DNA of 64,000 nucleotides from a virus (IMGVR_UViG_3300009514_000009), one strand, 5' to 3'. Positions 37,471 to 46,835 are shown, numbered from the stretch's first letter. Notes: a model not told the origin generated them from the letters alone. Made by a program: numbers and translations.

Positions 37471-38687
37471 CAGCGCGTCCTCGTGGCAAGGGCCACGGCC
37501 TTCTCAGTCGTGGTGGCTCGGCAGCCTGCCAGTACCTCGGTCTTCCACCCCAAGCCGGTCAGCGTGCCCTGTGCGCGACGTGCGTACCGGGTGCTCTTGT
37601 TGGCGGTCGCGTGCGTCCGCCAATCGTCGATGAGCAGGATGCCGCCCGGCTTGGTTATGTCGCTGGCCCACGGTATGTCGCGGATGCGGGTGTCGTGGCT
37701 GCCATCGACCCCGTGGTCGATGAACACCGCGTCGGCCATGTCCTTCGTCGAGATGGCCCGGAACTCGTCGAGGGTGTGGATGTCCGCGTCGGAAAGCCCC
37801 TGCTCCCGAAGCAAAGAACCCACCCACTTGAGCCACTTCAGGTCGGTGTCCACCGAGTAGACCCGCGCACCCGTCTGTGCCGCCCACTGCCGGAACATCA
37901 GCGAAGACAGCCCGGCTCCAAGTTCAACGACCACCTTGGCCTTGCGGTCGTTGAACTCGCGAATCATCGCTCGGGCCTGTATCGGCGTGATGGCCCAGTT
38001 GAGCGGGTCTTGGCCGAGGAACTTCCGTAGCTCGGCCTCGTACCACTTGGTCAGCAGCTCGAAGCTGTTCACCAGAGCCCACCCGTTGCCCTCAACCTCC
38101 AAGGCCCATTGCGGGGCCTCTGCGACGTACTCACGGCCCGACCGCTCTACGGCTTGACCGTGCTTGCGGTTGCCCCACTCCCAGTCGTCACCGACGAACT
38201 GAGCGGTCGGGAAGGCCGCCTTGATGGCTCGGACCTCGTGTAGGGTCGCAGGGTAGAGGTGCGAGGTGTCGAGGTAGACGAGGTCAGGCACGACCCCCGC
38301 TGCTTTGAGAGCTGCCATGGCCTTGATGCTGTCGCTCTGGATGGGGACCACGCGGTGGCGGTGTTCCCACAGGTTGACCATGAACGTGGGCAGGGGCTGT
38401 CGGGCTGCCCCGATCAAGTGAGGGTGCTTGCTCGCCGCCCACTGCGTGAGGTGCTCCACGTCCCATAGGTCCACCGAGTAGATGGTGGCGTTCGGGCACT
38501 GCTCGACGAAGAACCGGGTGCTCTTACCGAGCCAGACACCAAGCTCGACGATGACTTTCATCTCGGGCCGGAGATGGCGCTTGAGCACCTTCTCCGTGCC
38601 CTCGGCGACCCACCCGTGCGGATTCTTGTCTACTTTGGGCGGCGTCGATGGCCACTGAATGCCGAGCTTCATGCGGGCCTCCTGCAT
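37470..38687 (-). CDS. Protein with two tandem class I methyltransferase-like domains.
   Basis: VELGVWLGKST and VELGAGLSSL motif-I copies, plus a terminal ILLIDDW. Confidence 0.6.
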   Translation of the reverse strand: MQEARMKLGIQWPSTPPKVDKNPHGWVAEGTEKVLKRHLRPEMKVIVELGVWLGKSTRFFVEQCPNATIYSVDLWDVEHLTQWAASKHPHLIGAARQPLPTFMVNLWEHRHRVVPIQSDSIKAMAALKAAGVVPDLVYLDTSHLYPATLHEVRAIKAAFPTAQFVGDDWEWGNRKHGQAVERSGREYVAEAPQWALEVEGNGWALVNSFELLTKWYEAELRKFLGQDPLNWAITPIQARAMIREFNDRKAKVVVELGAGLSSLMFRQWAAQTGARVYSVDTDLKWLKWVGSLLREQGLSDADIHTLDEFRAISTKDMADAVFIDHGVDGSHDTRIRDIPWASDITKPGGILLIDDWRTHATANKSTRYARRAQGTLTGLGWKTEVLAGCRATTTEKAVALATRTR

Positions 38688-39997
38688 AGGGTTGTTCCCG
38701 AGACGTGCTCATGGACCACCTCAAAGCCGACCGCTCTGTAGCGGTCGGACCAGTCTTTGCCCGGCTCCCATACATGGTCGTGGCGGTCTCGCGGGATGCC
38801 CCGAGTCGTCGGTCGGTCGAAGTAGGGCACGTCGAGGAGGGCGTGACCGCCCGGCTTCAGTACCCGGAAGCACTCGGCGATGGCGGAGTCCACCGCCTCG
38901 ATGTGCTCCAGCACATGGGACACGACCAGTAGCCCGAAGGTGCCGTCCTTGAAGGTCATGGCCCGGAGGTCACCCACCACCGTGGTGCCAACCTCGGGTC
39001 GGATGTCCATCGAGGTGTAGGCCCCGTAGGCGTAGAGCTTCTTGCCGAGGGAGCCATTGGGGGCGACGTGGAGCACTGGCCCCGTGACACCGGCCTCGTC
39101 CAGCCATGTGGCCTGACGGCGATGGCGACGAAGCGAGCCACACGACGGGCACTGTTCGTTGGCCCGACCTCGGTACGTGCCGTACTTGCCGGTGAAGCCG
39201 CACAAGGAGCACGTCTCACCATGCGGGATGGCCTCACCTACCGAGGCCACCACTCGACCTGTGGCATCCCGCAGCCACCACGGAGCGTGCATCTGGACCG
39301 TGGTTGTCTGCACGTCGGCAGTGTTCTTCGGGCTCTTCACCCCCGACTTGGAGTGCGCGTAGATGCTGTCAGCTCGGGTGGTGGTGTCGTCCACCATCCA
39401 GTTCTTCGCGTGCTTGAGGCAGATCAGCGGGATGGCCTGCTGCTGGGCCAAGAGCCCGAACCAGATGTCGCCCATGTTCGCGTGCTTGAAGTCGTCCCGA
39501 TGCACCTTGATCGTGTCGGTGTGGTAGCAGAGCGAGTTCGAGGCGAGGATGTGGACGGGCACGTCACGCGGGACGGCGTTGGCGAAGTGCGACACCTCGC
39601 GGCACTTGTAGTAGCTGCTGAAGGGCTCCGTGAGCACGGCTCCGTGGAACCCAACAGCGCATCGTCGCTGGTACTTCTCAGCCCCGGCGATGAGCGTCGA
39701 GACGAAGCCTTCGGGGTACAACACGTCGTCATCGCAGACGATGTGCCAGCCCTGCACCTCGGACGCCCAGTAGAACTTCCCCGCGTCGCCACGGTCGCCG
39801 TACTCCGTGTCCTGACTGCACACCGCCGTGATCTTGGGGTGCTGGAGGAACGACGGAATTGTGTTGGCCTTGCCCGGAAGGGCAGGCGTCTCATTCAAGT
39901 AGACGTTGAGCTGGTCTACTTGTGGCAACAGCCGCTGAACCACTGCCGCCAAGGTGTGCCGCCGAGATGGGATTGTAGCGAGGGATGCGGTGATCAT
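38669..39997 (-). CDS. Bifunctional glycosyltransferase-like / methyltransferase (type 11) protein.
   Basis: N-terminal SLATIPSRRH...DDD GT-like motif. C-terminal LLVVSHVLEHIEAVDSAIAECFRVLKPGGHALL methyltransferase motif. Start MITASLATIPS. Confidence 0.6.
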   Translation of the reverse strand: MITASLATIPSRRHTLAAVVQRLLPQVDQLNVYLNETPALPGKANTIPSFLQHPKITAVCSQDTEYGDRGDAGKFYWASEVQGWHIVCDDDVLYPEGFVSTLIAGAEKYQRRCAVGFHGAVLTEPFSSYYKCREVSHFANAVPRDVPVHILASNSLCYHTDTIKVHRDDFKHANMGDIWFGLLAQQQAIPLICLKHAKNWMVDDTTTRADSIYAHSKSGVKSPKNTADVQTTTVQMHAPWWLRDATGRVVASVGEAIPHGETCSLCGFTGKYGTYRGRANEQCPSCGSLRRHRRQATWLDEAGVTGPVLHVAPNGSLGKKLYAYGAYTSMDIRPEVGTTVVGDLRAMTFKDGTFGLLVVSHVLEHIEAVDSAIAECFRVLKPGGHALLDVPYFDRPTTRGIPRDRHDHVWEPGKDWSDRYRAVGFEVVHEHVSGTTLCRRPA

Positions 39998-41904
39998 GGA
40001 GAACTCCTTGGGGCGGTGTCCTGACTGTCGATGAATTGTACCGCCTGAAGGGGGTCCCTCTTGCGAGCCACCGGGTTCATCTGTGACTCCGCTTCCATGT
40101 GCAAGACATAGCTGTGAAGTGAACGATACAGGCGACCCTGCGCTAGATGCAGTCGCTGGCTGAACTGACGACCGACACCGGAGGACAGCGAAGGGTCCTT
40201 TGCCCACCGTTTCGGCGGAACTGGGTAAAGGGCTGCACCGAGTCTTTTCAGGAACTCCGCATTGAACAGGAAGGCATTGCAATCCACCCACTGCGTTTGT
40301 TCGACCTTGCCCTCAATCCGGCTCTTGAAAGCCGTCCAGCACTCTGACCCCACCTTGCTCCGGCTGGAGTCACGGAGCAGGTACAGCGACACCTTGTCGC
40401 GATGCCGGATGGTGTCCCACAGCGCGATGGTCCGGGTGAAGAAGTCCTCGCAGAGTCGGATGTCGTCTTGGATGAAGTAGTAGTGAGCCGCCGGGGTAGC
40501 CTGCCAGTAGGCCAGCATCTGGTTGACCAGCCGCCACCACTGCTGCTTGCCGTGGTTCTGTGGAGCCCGGAAGTACAGCCAGCCCCTCGTCTGCAAGAAC
40601 CGCTTGACCGCGCTGTAGTCCTCGGTTGAGGCGTCGTCGAACACCGCGACGTGGACGACCTTACCCTCGGGAGTGTAGCGGTCGATGTCCTCCAACAGCC
40701 GTAAGCAGCCCACGGGGCGATTGCAGGTCGTGATACCGATGCTGATGACCCGACTCGGATGTAGCAGGCCGTCCACCGTCCGCTGTGCCGTCAGGGGCAG
40801 CATGGTGTCCGAGGGCAGGCCCGTGATCTGGAACTTGCCCTTCCGCTTTTGCCGGTGCGGTGGTGGGAAGGGTCTGGTGTTGATGTTCGTCGCGTGCTGA
40901 AGGCAGACCAGCTCGTCGCCGATCTCAATGCTGATGTCGTGGAACGAGGCCTTGATGGCGTGCAGCCTATGGGCGAGGTGCCCGTCCTTCCCGCTCGACA
41001 CCAAGGGGTAGCCCTTCACTCGCAGGAACGTGCTGCGGTCCACCGACACTGAGGTTCCAACATGGCCCGTCGAAGCCCGGCCCTCCCAGTGAGCGATGCG
41101 GCCATCGGTCGTGTTCACAAACCGATGGATGCCAGAGGCCGACCACACAGCCCCCCGCTCGTAGGCTGACACAGCCGCCATGAGCCGGTTGAACGGCTGG
41201 AGGTCATCGTCATCGGCCATGAGCAGCAGCTCGGCGCTGGTCTGGCCCGCCATGTGGTTGAGCTTGGCCGTGACCTTGGACGACTGAACCTCGATGAACT
41301 GTGCCCTCGGGAATCCCGCGACAACAGCACGCCCGAGGTCGGTGGGTTGGCCTCCGACAAGAATCTCAAAGTCCCAACCCGCGGGCACCTGCTGCAACGA
41401 GAGATGCCGGAGGCACCCAGCCAACAACTCGGGTCGGTGATGCGTCGCCACCAAGAAGACGGCCTTGCGCAGGGGACCCCGTGGGGGCTCTACCTTTGGG
41501 GCGGGCTTCGGGACTGCTTGGGGCTTGGGCCTCGCAGCGGGCTGGGGTTCAGGTTCAGGCTTCGACGGACTTGGGGCGGGGGCAGGCGGCGGACGCACTA
41601 CCACATCAGCAAGCTGCGGAATCAGCTCGCGAAGATTGGAGTTGGATTGCACCAGCACAACGGGAGGGGAGGCTTGTGAGAGGTATCGGGCTGCATCCTC
41701 GCGGGTGCCCGGTGAGCCCTGCCAGCCGTGGCAACGCAGGATCTTCCGTTCCTTGTCCCCCAACCCCCGCGCACCAAACACGCAGACGGCCAGCCGCCAG
41801 TGGTGGTCCGTGACCGCTTGGGACAACAGCTCAAGCTGCCCGAGACAGTCTCCCGGCTTCTCGCTGAGGAGCACGATCTGACGGAAGGCTGGCATGGCGG
41901 GCAT
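39994..41904 (-). CDS. Two-domain family 2 glycosyltransferase.
   Basis: Two GT-A-like modules (AVFLVATHHRPELLAGCL and ISIGITTCNRPVGCL) joined by a Pro-rich linker. Confidence 0.65.
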   Translation of the reverse strand: MPAMPAFRQIVLLSEKPGDCLGQLELLSQAVTDHHWRLAVCVFGARGLGDKERKILRCHGWQGSPGTREDAARYLSQASPPVVLVQSNSNLRELIPQLADVVVRPPPAPAPSPSKPEPEPQPAARPKPQAVPKPAPKVEPPRGPLRKAVFLVATHHRPELLAGCLRHLSLQQVPAGWDFEILVGGQPTDLGRAVVAGFPRAQFIEVQSSKVTAKLNHMAGQTSAELLLMADDDDLQPFNRLMAAVSAYERGAVWSASGIHRFVNTTDGRIAHWEGRASTGHVGTSVSVDRSTFLRVKGYPLVSSGKDGHLAHRLHAIKASFHDISIEIGDELVCLQHATNINTRPFPPPHRQKRKGKFQITGLPSDTMLPLTAQRTVDGLLHPSRVISIGITTCNRPVGCLRLLEDIDRYTPEGKVVHVAVFDDASTEDYSAVKRFLQTRGWLYFRAPQNHGKQQWWRLVNQMLAYWQATPAAHYYFIQDDIRLCEDFFTRTIALWDTIRHRDKVSLYLLRDSSRSKVGSECWTAFKSRIEGKVEQTQWVDCNAFLFNAEFLKRLGAALYPVPPKRWAKDPSLSSGVGRQFSQRLHLAQGRLYRSLHSYVLHMEAESQMNPVARKRDPLQAVQFIDSQDTAPRSSP

Positions 41905-41922
41905 CCTCGGGACCCCCAGTGC

Positions 41923-42930
41923 CTAGAACCAGCTCACACCGAACTTGGCGTCCTTGGCCTCGTCCCAGTAGACGAACTTCTTGCACTGGGCCAGCGTGTA
42001 CACCCGCAGCAGCTCCTCGCCGAACGTCGTCTCGCCCTTGACCAGACCCTCGACCCACTGATGGTGCCACCACTCGGCTCCACCGTAGCTGCCGCCCGAG
42101 AAGAAGCTCTTGCGCCCGCTGATGTTCATGAATCCGTGGGACCATGCCAGTCCGGTGAAGTCGAACGCCTGACCTGTCCACTCGACCGTGGAGAGCTGCG
42201 TGTACCGACTGTCGTTGCGCCGCCTCTTGGTCGTGCAGACGGTCGCCTGTAGCGTCACCACGGGCACCGTGGACGCCAGAGAGGCTGAGGGGTCCACCAC
42301 CCGGCACCAGACCCGCCAGCGGCGGCTCCCCGGCTCACGGACGCAGATGAACGGGTCGGTCTTCGGGTTGCCCAGCGAGCTGTACGTCGCGAGGTCGAAC
42401 GCCCGGCCCGTGTAGTGGAATGACTTCCTCGACCGGGACGGCGAGGCCTTGGACGACAGCCCTCGCTTGCCTCCCGCCGAGGTCATGTAGCCGCCGCGGG
42501 CCACCACGTCAGCGTGCAGTTTCTTGTAGGCCACCGCCGTGTCCGACCGGAGGGTCGTCGTCTTGTAGCCGTGGCCATTGGGCATGGGCGTCGCTGGGCA
42601 CTTCACCCAGCTCAGCTTGGCCTCGTCGCTCTCCTTGCGGTCCAGCGGGGGTCTGGCCAGCACGAAGCCGAACTCGGGCTTGCCCTTTTCGCCGCAGTAG
42701 TGGTTCCACTCGGCGAAGGAGCCGTCGCCGAACAGGCCGTCCGGGTAGAGCTTGACCTTGGCCTGCCAGTCCTCGACCGCGGCCTCGGTCTTGTCGCCGT
42801 AGAGGCCGTCCGCGGCACCGGGGTGGAATCCGAAGTAGGCCAGCCCCTGTTGCAGGTGCTTGACCTTGGCCTTGTCGTTGTCACGGCCCTTGGCGAGTAA
42901 CATGGCGTCCTCCGTGCGTGGGTGCGCCAT
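41923..42930 (-). CDS. Endolysin: peptidoglycan-binding domain plus an M15 (VanY-like) peptidase.
   Basis: PG_binding_1-like VKHLQQGLAYFGF...DGLYGDKTEAAV. SFHYTGRAFDL is the M15 SxHxxGxAxD motif. Confidence 0.7.
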   Translation of the reverse strand: MAHPRTEDAMLLAKGRDNDKAKVKHLQQGLAYFGFHPGAADGLYGDKTEAAVEDWQAKVKLYPDGLFGDGSFAEWNHYCGEKGKPEFGFVLARPPLDRKESDEAKLSWVKCPATPMPNGHGYKTTTLRSDTAVAYKKLHADVVARGGYMTSAGGKRGLSSKASPSRSRKSFHYTGRAFDLATYSSLGNPKTDPFICVREPGSRRWRVWCRVVDPSASLASTVPVVTLQATVCTTKRRRNDSRYTQLSTVEWTGQAFDFTGLAWSHGFMNISGRKSFFSGGSYGGAEWWHHQWVEGLVKGETTFGEELLRVYTLAQCKKFVYWDEAKDAKFGVSWF

Positions 42931-42960
42931 GCACCCTACAAGCAGAGGGCCATAGAACGA

Positions 42961-43377
42961 TCAGAGCAGCTTCAGTTCGCCCGTGATGGCGTCGATGGCC
43001 TCGGCGTCAGCCGGGCCGATGGCAATGCAGGTTGGGGTCTTGACCCCGTGGAACTCCGTCTTGCCCGCATCTTCGATGAGCGCACAGGGCAAGTTCGCAG
43101 CCATCGCCTGCTGATGCAGACGGAGCAGCTCCTCCTCGGACTTCACCTGCACACAGACCTTGGTGAACAGCCCGAAGACCCACTTCTCCTCCTCACGAGT
43201 GAGCAGGGGGATTCGCAGTTCCGGTGGAGCCCCTACATCCGCCGGGGACCGGATGACCGGGTAGTGCGCCTGCGCTCGGTCGAAGAACACCTTCATGCTC
43301 GCGTGCGCCCCTTGGGCGATCATCTTCCCCTTGCGCATCCCAAGGTCGGTTCTCATCACGAGGACCTGCTTGATCAT
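42961..43377 (-). CDS. Peptidyl-tRNA hydrolase, PTH2 family.
   Basis: MIKQVLVMRTDLGMRKGKMIAQGAHAS matches the PTH2 signature. Confidence 0.7.
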   Translation of the reverse strand: MIKQVLVMRTDLGMRKGKMIAQGAHASMKVFFDRAQAHYPVIRSPADVGAPPELRIPLLTREEEKWVFGLFTKVCVQVKSEEELLRLHQQAMAANLPCALIEDAGKTEFHGVKTPTCIAIGPADAEAIDAITGELKLL

Positions 43378-43616
43378 CGTGAGGCCTCCGTAGGAGGCCA
43401 CTGGATGTATATGCCCGTATAGTCGTGGTAGCAATCGGGGCAGCGGTCGTCGGGATGAACCATCTCTGGCAGCCTCCTGATGCGCATGTGGCCCTTGGGC
43501 AGCTCGGTGATGCCACAGCGGTAAGGGCCTCTTACGTCCCCGATGTGGGTGATGTGACCCTTCCCTTTGCCAATGTCCTTCGGGGGCTCCTCCCAGAACG
43601 CCGGGTCCAGTGGCAT
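43374..43616 (-). CDS. Protein of the MPLxPxFWEE family (80 aa).
   Basis: Begins MPLDPAFWEEPP. Cys/His-rich C-terminus (DRCPDCYHDY). Confidence 0.5.
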   Translation of the reverse strand: MPLDPAFWEEPPKDIGKGKGHITHIGDVRGPYRCGITELPKGHMRIRRLPEMVHPDDRCPDCYHDYTGIYIQWPPTEASR

Positions 43617-43766
43617 CAGTCCTTCTCCTTGCAGGCGGCCTTGGCTGCCTGACGGGTCCGCTTCTCGATGGCCCGAACCTCTCGGGTCTTGCCGTTGCTG
43701 TGGCCCTTGCTGCGGTTGGCCGGTCCGGCGATGGTCTTGTCGCCCCAGCTCTTGTTGCGTTTCATG
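43617..43766 (-). CDS. Small basic protein (49 aa). Not in the ORF track.
   Basis: A motif and GGAGGACAAC precede the ATG. Translation MKRNKSWGDKTIAGPANRSKGHSNGKTREVRAIEKRTRQAAKAACKEKD. Confidence 0.35.
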
Positions 43767-43838
43767 TTGTCCTCCGTCGTTCACCTTTACTACTCGACAC
43801 CGCGGAGAATTGAGCCCCGTGGCGAAAAGATCGCGGGT

Positions 43839-43917
43839 GGGGCTCAAAATCTCGGAGTGCTCAGTAGTGGAGTCAGACAGCGGGAGAAACAGCCCGCCAC
43901 AACAAGGAGCCTGACCA
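43839..43917 (+). promoter_or_regulatory. Conserved promoter/leader motif copy, paired with a divergent reverse copy at 43767-43825.
   Basis: GGGGCTCAAAATCTCGGAGTGCTCAGTAGTGGAGTCAGACAGCGGGAGAAACAGCC...GGAGCCTGACC then ATG. Confidence 0.55.
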
Positions 43918-44328
43918 TGAACGCTGCCACCCTGACCCTGCTCGCCAAGGAAGTTGCCTCCCTCGCCAAGTCCGCCCGCGACGAACTCGCTGTCGGTGGC
44001 CACATCGTGGACGAGACCGTCACCCTGCACGTCTCCGGCTCCGTGAAGGTCGGCGAAGACTACGACCAACGCATCGTGCTCAAGGCCGACCCGTGGACCC
44101 TGCTTCACGCGGCCCTCAGCCACCTCAACGGTGTGACCGTGGACTCGCTGGTCCGCGAGGCCCTCACCGCCGACCCGAAGCTCGTCAAGAGCATCAAGGC
44201 CGAGGCGCAGACGGCCATGGACGCCATCAACGCCCCCACGATGACCGCCTGCAAGGGCAAGGTCACCATCAAGGACGCCGCGGTCGCCGAAGTCGCCGCC
44301 CCCGCGGCCCTCAAGGCCGTCGCCTAAA
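43918..44328 (+). CDS. Hypothetical protein.
   Basis: MNAATLTLLAKEVASLAKSARDELAVGGH... Confidence 0.5.
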
Positions 44329-44354
44329 CCAGAACAGGACGCTGGGAGAACACC

Positions 44355-44630
44355 ATGAGCCACCGAATACGTGAGATCACCGACGACCAGTGCCAGTGGT
44401 TCGCCGACGACATGGCAGCCCTCGACCAAGAGCTGGGTCGCGCCCTGAGCCGCCACACCAGCTTCGCTGAGAGCGTCTGGCTTGGCGGCGACCAGAAGGC
44501 CGACAACACAGAGGTTGGCCCACAGCGCACGACCAAGGCCATCGCCCTTCTGCGGGAAGCTCGCAAGCTGATCAGCAGGGCCGACCATGAGGTCGCCATG
44601 TTCCGAGCAGTCGGTGACCCGCCCGTCTAG
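44355..44630 (+). CDS. Hypothetical protein.
   Basis: 91 aa. Confidence 0.45.
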   Translation: MSHRIREITDDQCQWFADDMAALDQELGRALSRHTSFAESVWLGGDQKADNTEVGPQRTTKAIALLREARKLISRADHEVAMFRAVGDPPV

Positions 44631-44926
44631 TCTTCCTCGGGCGGGTAGCGGAACGTCGGAGTCCCCTCCCCCATCCACGCCCCAGAGGTGTTGTAGTCGA
44701 AGTGCTCCACCGCATCTTCGTAGTCGCACCCGTCCAGCATGATGCCCTCGATGCACTTCTCTGCATCGTACACGGCCACGTAGCAGCCGCTCGTGCGGGG
44801 CCAGCGGTCATCCGGCTCGTTGGTCACGTCCACCAGCGCGTCGCCGAACATGAGCCGGGGCTCCAGCAGCAAAGCCTCGGGGTTCAGCTCGTGCAGGCGG
44901 GCAAGAATCTCTGCGGGTGTGCTCAT
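44627..44926 (-). CDS. Hypothetical protein.
   Basis: Start MSTPAEILARLHELNPEAL. Convergent overlap with the 44355 gene. Confidence 0.45.
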   Translation of the reverse strand: MSTPAEILARLHELNPEALLLEPRLMFGDALVDVTNEPDDRWPRTSGCYVAVYDAEKCIEGIMLDGCDYEDAVEHFDYNTSGAWMGEGTPTFRYPPEED

Positions 44927-45165
44927 CGCGTTCGTTCTCCCACCAAGTCCAGCTCGTAGTTCCAGTAGGGGGCCTCCGTCTTGCCGTGCTTGACCCAAAC
45001 CAGGACTGTGCCCTCATCCTCGTCGCACGGCTCGCAGGCTATGACTTTACCCATCACCGGGGCTCGGCGGTTGGCGAGGTGCTCCGGGCCACACAGCATC
45101 CCAGTGGTGTTGCGGAGGGCCAGCACCCGGACGATGTGGCCGATGAGGACATCCTTACCCCGCAT
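44923..45165 (-). CDS. Hypothetical protein.
   Basis: 80 aa. ATGA coupling. Confidence 0.45.
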   Translation of the reverse strand: MRGKDVLIGHIVRVLALRNTTGMLCGPEHLANRRAPVMGKVIACEPCDEDEGTVLVWVKHGKTEAPYWNYELDLVGERTR

Positions 45166-45655
45166 AAGCAGCCTCCATCAAGCCTGCAAGCTCGCACAGC
45201 GTGCGCGTCGCCACGGCGTACCGGGCGGCCCAACGGCCAAGGCCGTCAAGGTCGATCTGACCCGTAGACAAGGACCCGCGACAGAGGATGGCGTACTCGG
45301 CGTAAGCCTTGTCCACACCGCCCTCCGGCCACGGCTCTGCATAGCCCGTCACGGCGATGACCAGCTCGGCTCCGTTGAAGGTCTGCTGAGCACCGAGGGC
45401 CATCTGCACGGCCACGTTGGAGGAGACGCAGTTGCACGACTTGGCCCTCTCGCGGTCCACCCCGAGCAGAGCGACCTTGGCGTCGATGGTGTAGGCGACG
45501 ATGCCACCTCGCAGGTAGGCCGAGCTGCCTGAAGTGTCTGCAAGGGCACTGGCGATCATCCCGGCTGTCAGGCTCTCGGCTGTGGCGACCCCCAGCCCAT
45601 GTTCGAGGGCGAGCTGATGGATGGTGGCGAGAGCTGCTTGGCGGTTGGGGATCAT
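45155..45655 (-). CDS. CinA C-terminal domain / PncC-like NMN amidohydrolase.
   Basis: ATAESLTAGMIASALADTSGSSAYLRGGIVAY is the CinA/PncC signature. Confidence 0.75.
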   Translation of the reverse strand: MIPNRQAALATIHQLALEHGLGVATAESLTAGMIASALADTSGSSAYLRGGIVAYTIDAKVALLGVDRERAKSCNCVSSNVAVQMALGAQQTFNGAELVIAVTGYAEPWPEGGVDKAYAEYAILCRGSLSTGQIDLDGLGRWAARYAVATRTLCELAGLMEAAYAG

Positions 45656-45861
45656 GCGGTCTTCCTTCGGAGGGTCCCCGAGGGGGTGAAGAACCACTCA
45701 AAGCGGCCTTCGACGTGGGACTCCACCTCGGGGTACAGCAGCCCTTCCAGCTCGCTGTCTCCGTTCACGTCGAGGGTGAGCTGAAGCATCTGACGCTCGG
45801 CCTTCTCCAGCGTGGTCACCGTGAGCAACATCTCGACCTTCTCGCGTAGCTTCATGGGCAC
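45652..45861 (-). CDS. Small hypothetical protein.
   Basis: 69 aa. TAGTAGGG and GGGAGG lie immediately upstream. Confidence 0.4.
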   Translation of the reverse strand: MPMKLREKVEMLLTVTTLEKAERQMLQLTLDVNGDSELEGLLYPEVESHVEGRFEWFFTPSGTLRRKTA

Positions 45862-45873
45862 CTCCCAACCCTA

Positions 45874-46239
45874 CTACTCGTCCGGCAGCCGAACGAGGTC
45901 GCCCACGGCAGAGGGCTCCAGCACGGTCGTCTGGAAGGGCATGTCTCGCAAGCCCCGAGCAGCAGCTTTTCGCAGGGTAGGGTCGTCGTCTACGACGACG
46001 ACTTCCAAGGGTTCCCACCCCGCGGTTTCCAGCTTCATGCGGAGGCGGCAGGGCTTCTCCCACAAGGAGTCCACCGCATTGAGCAGTCCGGGGTAGCACC
46101 GCCGGATCTCGTAGGGGTCCATGCCGGACCAGAGCACGATCTTGCACCCTTCCTCCTGTGCCCGCAGCAACGTCAGGTAGACGGTCGGCGACGGCAGTCG
46201 GGACAGGGTTCCGTTCAGATCGAAGATGAACAACTTCAT
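45874..46239 (-). CDS. HAD-like hydrolase.
   Basis: FIFDLNGTL is the DxDGT motif I. Confidence 0.6.
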   Translation of the reverse strand: MKLFIFDLNGTLSRLPSPTVYLTLLRAQEEGCKIVLWSGMDPYEIRRCYPGLLNAVDSLWEKPCRLRMKLETAGWEPLEVVVVDDDPTLRKAAARGLRDMPFQTTVLEPSAVGDLVRLPDE

Positions 46240-46250
46240 GGGGCCTCCAC

Positions 46251-46787
46251 TCAGGTCAAGATGATAGGGAGATCAGGGTTCGCGCCTACCCACCGCTTGA
46301 CATCGGCCAAGATCGGGGGCGTCCCGAGGGGAATCTGACCCTCCTCGTGCGTGCCTTGCCACACGACTCGGGCCAGTGCCTTCATCTCCTTGTCGTCGGA
46401 GCGGAGGCACAACTTGAGTAGTTCGTCGAGAGGACCCTCGGGCCGAACCTGCTCACCGCCGGTCAACTCCACGAGGTCGGGCAGGTCCATGAGGTCCACC
46501 CCTGCCTCATGCTGCTCGTAGAGCCAGTCGAGGAACGGAGCGAACAGGGCGCTCACCCAGATCTGATGCTTGCGGAGGTCCGAGGGGGCGGAACCGCCGG
46601 GGCAGAACAGGGCACCCTCGGCAGTCTCGATGTCGAGGACCAGCAGCTCAGCAGGATGGCGACGCACCAAGACTGGGCGACCCTCATCCACGGCGGACGG
46701 GTGCTTCAGCTCCTCCGGCCCGAGACGGGCCACGAGGAACTTGCACCAGCACATGCCGCTGAGGGCTTCGACGATCTTGGCTTGCAT
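46251..46787 (-). CDS. Hypothetical protein.
   Basis: 178 aa. A motif copy lies at 46788-46835. Confidence 0.5.
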   Translation of the reverse strand: MQAKIVEALSGMCWCKFLVARLGPEELKHPSAVDEGRPVLVRRHPAELLVLDIETAEGALFCPGGSAPSDLRKHQIWVSALFAPFLDWLYEQHEAGVDLMDLPDLVELTGGEQVRPEGPLDELLKLCLRSDDKEMKALARVVWQGTHEEGQIPLGTPPILADVKRWVGANPDLPIILT

Positions 46788-46835
46788 ATAGGCCTCCTCC
46801 CCTACTACTGGTAAGGAGGCCTGTTTGAGCCCCGA

